Positions 8,357 to 13,059 of a stretch of DNA of 13,059 nucleotides are shown here, one piece after another. The notes below the pieces were generated by a model, which saw only the letters and a list, made by a program, of their open reading frames with translations, did no database searches and was not told the DNA's origin. Positions within the stretch are counted from its first letter, which is position 1. Every line of letters begins with the position of its first letter. Both the position numbers and the translations under genes were made by a program. Source of the DNA: Candidatus Rokuibacteriota bacterium (lineage in GTDB: Bacteria; Methylomirabilota; Methylomirabilia; Rokubacteriales; DASRDR01); the NCBI GenBank assembly GCA_044866005.1, contig JBIOTN010000093.1:1-13059 (forward strand), written 5' to 3'.

Positions 8357-10215
8357 CCGTCGGGGCCAGGCGACCGATGATCCCGGACGCGGGCACGCCC
8401 CCGGCCGCGAGCCCGGGGCCAGCGTCGCGCGGACCTGCGGCCGATCCCGGAACGCGCGCCGTCTTCCTCGCGCTCCTCGGCCTCGCTGCAGTGCTCTGGC
8501 TCGGGACGATCGTCAACAAGATGCTCGACGAGGACGAGAGCCAGCATCTCCACGCCGCCTGGCTCGTCGCGCAGGGCAAGGTGCCGTTCGCCGACTTCTG
8601 GGAGCACCACACGCCGGGCCTCTACTATCTGCTGGCCCCGCTGACCCAGGCGTTCCCCGACAGCCCCGCGGTCTACTTCGTCGGGCGGACGGGGATGGCG
8701 CTCGTCGGCGTCCTCGCGGTCCTGCTCGTCTTCCGTCTCGCCCGCCCGCTCTCGGCGGGCACGGCGATGGCAGCCGTCGCGCTCGTCGCGCTCCTGCCGC
8801 GGTTCGTCGAGTACGTCACCGACGTCCGGCCCGACGTCCCGGCGCTCGTCGCGTGGCTGGCCGCCCTCCTCGCGCTCACACGCTGGCGCGAGCGGGCGGC
8901 GAGCGGCTGGCTCTGGGCCGCGGGGGTCGCGCTCGGGATCGGCGCGGTCTTCACGCCCAAGGTCGCCTACGGCGCCGTGGGGGTGGCGGCGCTGGTCGCG
9001 CTCGTCTCCCGGCCGCCCGGGGCCGGCGGGGCCGGCCCTGCGCTCGGGGCGCTGGCACGCCTGGCCGCGGGCGCGGGGGCGCCGGTCCTCGCCCTGGTGG
9101 TCCTGCTCCGCTTCCACGGCGGGGCGGCCGCCCACGACGGCTTCGTCGAGCACGTGCTGGCCGGCACCCTCGACTTCGCGGACTTCACCAAGGAGTGGCC
9201 GTTCACGGAGGAGGGGACGGGCTTCCTCCTCCTCGCGCTCGCCGGCGTGGGCCTCACGGTGCGCGAGCACGGGCGCGCCCTGCTGCGCCACCCCCTCCAC
9301 GGGCCGCTCCTGGTCCCGGCCGGCGTCGCCACGGCGATCCTGCTCCTCCCGACCACGCCCGCCGTTTACCGCCACGCCTGGCTTCCGGTCGTCGCGGCCG
9401 CCGCGGTGTACGCCGGCCGCGCGCTGGCGGCCGCCCTGGCGCGCGCCCGCACGACGGGGACCCGCGGGGCAATCGCCCTGGCGGTCGTGGCGGTGGCCAT
9501 GGGGCTCCTCGGCCCCGCCGGGATGTCGGCGCGCAAGGCGCTTCGCGACGGGAACCACGAGCAGCTCGCCGTCATGCGGCGCGAGCTCACCTACGCGTGT
9601 CCCGGCGAGCCCGTGCTCGACGGCACGGCGCTCTACGTCTTCCGCCCGGCGGCGTACCGGTACCGAACGCTGATCACCGGGGTGCGGGCCTGGATCGCCG
9701 AGGGCGTGATCCCGGAAGCCCGGATCGTCGAGGATCTCCGCCGGACGCGCCCCCGCGTCGCGTATCGCGATCGGCGCCTCCGCTCGCTGACGGGCCCGGT
9801 CGCGACCTTTCTCGCGCGCCACTACGTCCCGGTCCGGGACGGCCTGTTCGTCGCCGGCGCTGCCATCCCGGTCGCGGGCGGGCCCGGCGGGCGCGCCGAG
9901 GTGGAGCTGCTGGTCGGCGACCTGTATCGCGTCCTGGTGAGTCCGGGGATCGCCGCCACGCTCGATGGCGTCGCGCTGCGACCCGGGGTGACGCGGCTCG
10001 CCGCGGGACCGCACGCGCTCGCGTGGGCCGGCCTGCCCGGGACGATCGAGCTCGCCCTGCTGGGGTGTCCCGAGCGGCGCGCGCTCGCGGCTCGGGACGG
10101 CGCGGCCCCGCCGCCCGGCGCGTCGCCCGGCGCGTTGTCGCGCCTGGCGAGCCGTGTTACCGTGACCGAGAGGCCGCATATCCGTGCGATTCTCGCCCCG
10201 CCGTCGCCCGCCTGA
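8347..10215 (+). CDS. Second GT-C fold membrane glycosyltransferase (ArnT/GT39-like) with a C-terminal extracytoplasmic domain
   Basis: After TM1: DEDESQHLHAAWLVAQGKVPFADFWEHHTPG (acidic loop), later VRPD and FTPK, with multiple TM helices. ATG 8347 overlaps the upstream gene by 10 nt; ATG 8377 is an alternative. Confidence 0.78.
   Translation: MSLTVGARRPMIPDAGTPPAASPGPASRGPAADPGTRAVFLALLGLAAVLWLGTIVNKMLDEDESQHLHAAWLVAQGKVPFADFWEHHTPGLYYLLAPLTQAFPDSPAVYFVGRTGMALVGVLAVLLVFRLARPLSAGTAMAAVALVALLPRFVEYVTDVRPDVPALVAWLAALLALTRWRERAASGWLWAAGVALGIGAVFTPKVAYGAVGVAALVALVSRPPGAGGAGPALGALARLAAGAGAPVLALVVLLRFHGGAAAHDGFVEHVLAGTLDFADFTKEWPFTEEGTGFLLLALAGVGLTVREHGRALLRHPLHGPLLVPAGVATAILLLPTTPAVYRHAWLPVVAAAAVYAGRALAAALARARTTGTRGAIALAVVAVAMGLLGPAGMSARKALRDGNHEQLAVMRRELTYACPGEPVLDGTALYVFRPAAYRYRTLITGVRAWIAEGVIPEARIVEDLRRTRPRVAYRDRRLRSLTGPVATFLARHYVPVRDGLFVAGAAIPVAGGPGGRAEVELLVGDLYRVLVSPGIAATLDGVALRPGVTRLAAGPHALAWAGLPGTIELALLGCPERRALAARDGAAPPPGASPGALSRLASRVTVTERPHIRAILAPPSPA
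10135..10163 (+). promoter_or_regulatory. Possible internal sigma70-type promoter for the site-2 protease gene
   Basis: TTGTCG (10135-10140), 17 bp, TACCGT (10158-10163), with TG at 10155-10156 (extended -10). Confidence 0.4.
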
Positions 10216-11329
10216 GACCGCCCTGCGCTGGGAGGAGCTGCTGCCCGTGGAGGCGCTCCTCCGCGCCGAGGTGGAGGCGGTGCTCGCCATCGAGGCCCGG
10301 CAGATCTGGGGGCGCTCGCTCGCCTTCGGCGGCCGGCTCCGTGTCGAGCCGCCGCGCGCCCTCGAGCTCCTGCGCGCGCGCCTGGAGCCTCAGGGATACA
10401 CGCCGTTTCTCCGCGAAGAGCGCGGGGCGGCCTGGGTCTACGCGCTCCCGCGGGCCGAGGTGACGGCCCAGCCGAACCCGCTCGTCAACCTCGTCCTCTT
10501 CCTCGCCACGGTGGTGACGACGCTGCTGGCCGGCGCGTGGGCGCTGGGCGGGGTGCCGCCGGCGGAGCTCGTGGCGGACCCCACGCGGCTGCTCGTGGGC
10601 GTGCCGTTCGCGGCCTCGCTCTTGTCGATCCTCGCGGTCCACGAGTTCGGCCACTACACGCTGGGCCGCTACCACGGCATGCCGATCACGCTGCCCTACT
10701 TCATCCCCGCGCCGCCGCCGGTGTTCCCGGTGGGCACCCTGGGCGCCGTGATCCGCCTCCGCGGGCCGGTCCGTGACCGGCGCTCGCTCTTCGACATGGC
10801 CGTGGCCGGACCGCTGGCCGGCCTCGCCCTGGCCCTGCCCATCTTCGTCCTCGGCCTTCGCCGATCGCCCGTGCTCGCGCCGACCGGGATCGAGGCGGGC
10901 GGCGTGGAGCTCGGCGACTCGCTCCTCGTCAAGCTGCTCCAGTGGCTCGTGCTCGGTCCGCTCCCCGCCGATTCCGTCGTCGTGCTCCATCCGGTCGCGG
11001 TCGCGGCCTGGTTCGGCTTCTTCGTGACGGCGCTCAACCTGATCCCCGCCGGCCAGCTCGACGGGGGCCACCTCGTCTACGCGATGTTCGGCCGCCGCCA
11101 CGGGCTGATCTCCAAGCTGACCGTCGTCGCGCTGATCGCCGTCGGCGTGGCGTTCGGGAGCGTGACGTGGCTCTTCTGGGCCGTCCTGATCGTCGCGGTC
11201 ATGGGCTTCCACCACGGGCCGCCCATGAACGACATCACCCCGCTCGACGGCAAGCGCCGCGCCCTCGGCGTCTTCGCCTTGATCCTGCTCTTCCTCCTGC
11301 TGCCGCCGGTCCCGCTGGCCGTCCGATAG
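10184..11329 (+). CDS. Site-2 protease family intramembrane zinc metalloprotease (M50, EGY-like)
   Basis: HEFGH (HExxH), LPYFIP, GTLGAVI, AGPLAG, HPVAVAAW and NLIPAGQLDGG motifs. Start is GTG 10184 or GTG 10247 (after GGAGGAG). Confidence 0.92.
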   Translation: MRFSPRRRPPETALRWEELLPVEALLRAEVEAVLAIEARQIWGRSLAFGGRLRVEPPRALELLRARLEPQGYTPFLREERGAAWVYALPRAEVTAQPNPLVNLVLFLATVVTTLLAGAWALGGVPPAELVADPTRLLVGVPFAASLLSILAVHEFGHYTLGRYHGMPITLPYFIPAPPPVFPVGTLGAVIRLRGPVRDRRSLFDMAVAGPLAGLALALPIFVLGLRRSPVLAPTGIEAGGVELGDSLLVKLLQWLVLGPLPADSVVVLHPVAVAAWFGFFVTALNLIPAGQLDGGHLVYAMFGRRHGLISKLTVVALIAVGVAFGSVTWLFWAVLIVAVMGFHHGPPMNDITPLDGKRRALGVFALILLFLLLPPVPLAVR

Positions 11330-11334
11330 TCTCC

Positions 11335-11367
11335 TCGGAGGGGGTCTCGGGAGACCCCCCCGATGCC
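11335..11367 (+). repeat. Palindromic extragenic repeat (REP-like hairpin), copy 2
   Basis: TCGGAGGGGGTCT-CGGG-AGACCCCCCCGA-TGCC, 5 nt after the M50 protease stop. Near-identical to the reverse complement of 4-35. Confidence 0.75.
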
Positions 11368-11590
11368 TCTCCTCTTCGGGCTGGGCGGGTGGGCCGGCGG
11401 CGAAGCCGCCGCGCGGAGTGGAACCCTGTCACGGGCGCGGTGGTGCGGATGGCGAGTCCGGGGGCTTTCACCCGGCGCCTCCCCGGCGGGGCACGCCCTC
11501 CCGGACGCGGAGAAGTGGCGGCCGGCGGATGGATACGTTAGGATGGGCCGGCGCGTGCGTGTCTCCTGACGCCGAGCCACGGAGGGTGCC

Positions 11591-12400
11591 GTGCGAGTCG
11601 CGCTCGTACAGATGAACAGCCAGGACGACAAGGCCGCGAACCTCGAGCGCGCCGAGGCGCTGGTCGCCCAGGCGGCGGCATGGGGCCCCGACCTCGTGGT
11701 GTTGCCGGAGCTCTGGACCTACCTTGGCCCGCGCAAGCGACATCCCGAGGTGGCGGAGCCGATCCCCGGCGAGGCCTCGGAGCTGCTCGGCCGCCTCGCG
11801 GCGCGCTATCGCTTCTGGCTCGTCGGTGGCTCCTACCTCGAGACGGTGGAGGGGTCCGAGCGCTTCTACAACACGAGCCTCGCCCTCAGCCCCGACGGCG
11901 AGATGGTCGCCCGCTACCGGAAGCTCCACCTCTTCGACGTCGAGGTGGACGGCAAGACGTACGAGGAGTCGGCCACGGTGGCGCCGGGGGCCGACGTGGT
12001 GGTCGCGCCGCTGGGCCGCGCGGCCGTGGGGCTGACGGTCTGCTACGACCTCCGCTTTCCCGAGCTCTACCGCCGGCTCGCGGCGCGGGGCGCGCGGCTC
12101 CTCACCGTGCCGGCCGCCTTCACGATGGAGACGGGGAAGGACCACTGGGAGGTGCTGCTGCGCGCGCGGGCGATCGAGAACCAGGCCTACGTCCTCGCCG
12201 CCGCCCAGTGTGGCCCGCATCCTCCGGCCAACAGCTGTTACGGCAATTCGATGGTCGTGGACCCCTGGGGGGTCGTCCTCGCGCGCGCCGGCTATCGCGA
12301 GACGGTCGTCGTGGCCGACGTGGACTTCGGCGAGCAGGAGCGCGTCCGGCAGACGCTTCCCGCGCTCCGGCATCGACGCGAAGACCTCTTCACCTTCTGA
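11591..12400 (+). CDS. Carbon-nitrogen hydrolase, Nit1/Nit2-like amidase (deaminated-glutathione amidase or omega-amidase class)
   Basis: Glu-Lys-Cys triad motifs LPE, YRKLHLFD and VCYDLRFPE; also HWEVLLRARAIENQ and VDPWG. SD GGAGG (11581-11585) precedes the GTG. Confidence 0.92.
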   Translation: MRVALVQMNSQDDKAANLERAEALVAQAAAWGPDLVVLPELWTYLGPRKRHPEVAEPIPGEASELLGRLAARYRFWLVGGSYLETVEGSERFYNTSLALSPDGEMVARYRKLHLFDVEVDGKTYEESATVAPGADVVVAPLGRAAVGLTVCYDLRFPELYRRLAARGARLLTVPAAFTMETGKDHWEVLLRARAIENQAYVLAAAQCGPHPPANSCYGNSMVVDPWGVVLARAGYRETVVVADVDFGEQERVRQTLPALRHRREDLFTF

Positions 12401-12464
12401 CGGGGTCCGGCGGCGGGCCCTCCTCCGGCGGCCCGCGCGGCACGAGCCAGGCGTAGGAGGGCGC

Positions 12465-13059
12465 ATGGCCGGGAACCTCGACCTCAAAGAGCTGGACGCG
12501 CTCGTCCGTCGGGACGAGATCGACACCGTCCTCACCGTCTTCCCGGACGTCCAGGGCCGGCTGATGGGCAAGCGGGTCGTCGGCCGGCACTTCCTCGAGC
12601 ACGTCGCCGAGGAGGGCGTCCACGCCTGCGCGTATCTCCTGACCGTCGACGTCGACATGGAGCCCTTGCCGGGCTACAGGTTCGCCTCGTGGGCGACCGG
12701 GTACCAGGACATGAAGGCGGTGCCGGACCTGCCGACGCTCCGGCGGATCCCCTGGCTGCCGAAGACGGCGCTCGTCTTCTGCGACGTCTACACGGAGGAG
12801 GGCGAGCCGGTCGAGGTGAGCCCGCGTCGCATCCTGCGCCGGCAGGTCGAGCGCGCGCGCAAGGCGGGCTACCGGGTCATGGTGGCCTCGGAGCTCGAGC
12901 TCTACATCTTCAAGGAGTCGTTCGCCGAGGCGCGCGCCAGGCGCTACCACGACCTGACGCCGGTCTCGCAGTACCTCGAGGACTACCACATCCTGCAGAC
13001 GACGAAGGAGGAAGGGCTCGTCCGGGCCATCCGCAACGGGATGGAGGGCGCCGCCGTCC
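12465..13059 (+). CDS. Glutamine synthetase-like gamma-glutamyl ligase (PuuA/GlnA4-like), 3'-truncated by the window edge
   Basis: Not in the ORF track; translated by hand: MAGNLDLKELDALVRRDEIDTVLTVFPDVQGRLMGKR...SWATGYQD...LRRIPWL...SPRRILRRQV...ASELELY...DYHILQTTKEE. SD AGGAGG at 12455-12460. Confidence 0.88.
   Translation, partial: MAGNLDLKELDALVRRDEIDTVLTVFPDVQGRLMGKRVVGRHFLEHVAEEGVHACAYLLTVDVDMEPLPGYRFASWATGYQDMKAVPDLPTLRRIPWLPKTALVFCDVYTEEGEPVEVSPRRILRRQVERARKAGYRVMVASELELYIFKESFAEARARRYHDLTPVSQYLEDYHILQTTKEEGLVRAIRNGMEGAAV

Noticed and set aside
4..11367. The two palindromic copies as terminal inverted repeats of an ~11-kb mobile element, or as CRISPR repeats
   Set aside because: The enclosed genes are housekeeping, with no transposase, integrase or cas gene and no regularly spaced array. 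A dispersed repeat is the simpler explanation.
11363..11615. Small ORFs in the protease-amidase spacer
   Set aside because: No convincing SD or motif, and they overlap hairpin/repeat sequence.
1885..12989. Long minus-strand ORFs (e.g. 1885..3021, 2939..4444, 3951..5204, 4717..6132, 6797..8299, 8131..10290, 10157..11215, 11468..12658, 12390..12989)
   Set aside because: Antisense shadows of well-supported plus-strand genes, typical of GC-rich codon usage, with no recognisable motifs.

Overview
High-GC bacterial window (GC judged by eye, not computed). It has htpX on the minus strand, transcribed divergently from a long plus-strand cluster: yceD(DUF177)-rpmF-plsX-fabD-fabG-acpP-fabF, an RNase III-like gene, two GT-C membrane glycosyltransferases and a site-2 (M50) protease. 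A Nit-family amidase and a truncated glutamine-synthetase-like ligase follow. Back-to-back sigma70-type promoters lie at 950-978 (-) and 1019-1047 (+). The most unusual element is the 160-aa RNase III-like protein: it has a canonical RNase III scaffold but no dsRNA-binding domain and Mini-III-like catalytic motifs (EALAFLGD; ATALEA). It appears translationally coupled, through a possible CTG start, to an RgtA/B/C-like glycosyltransferase. fabH is absent from the fab cluster. A G-run/C-run palindromic repeat sits 5-6 nt after the stop codons of both membrane metalloprotease genes. The repeat style and GC content are reminiscent of Ca. Rokubacteria (Methylomirabilota), but that is an unverified inference.
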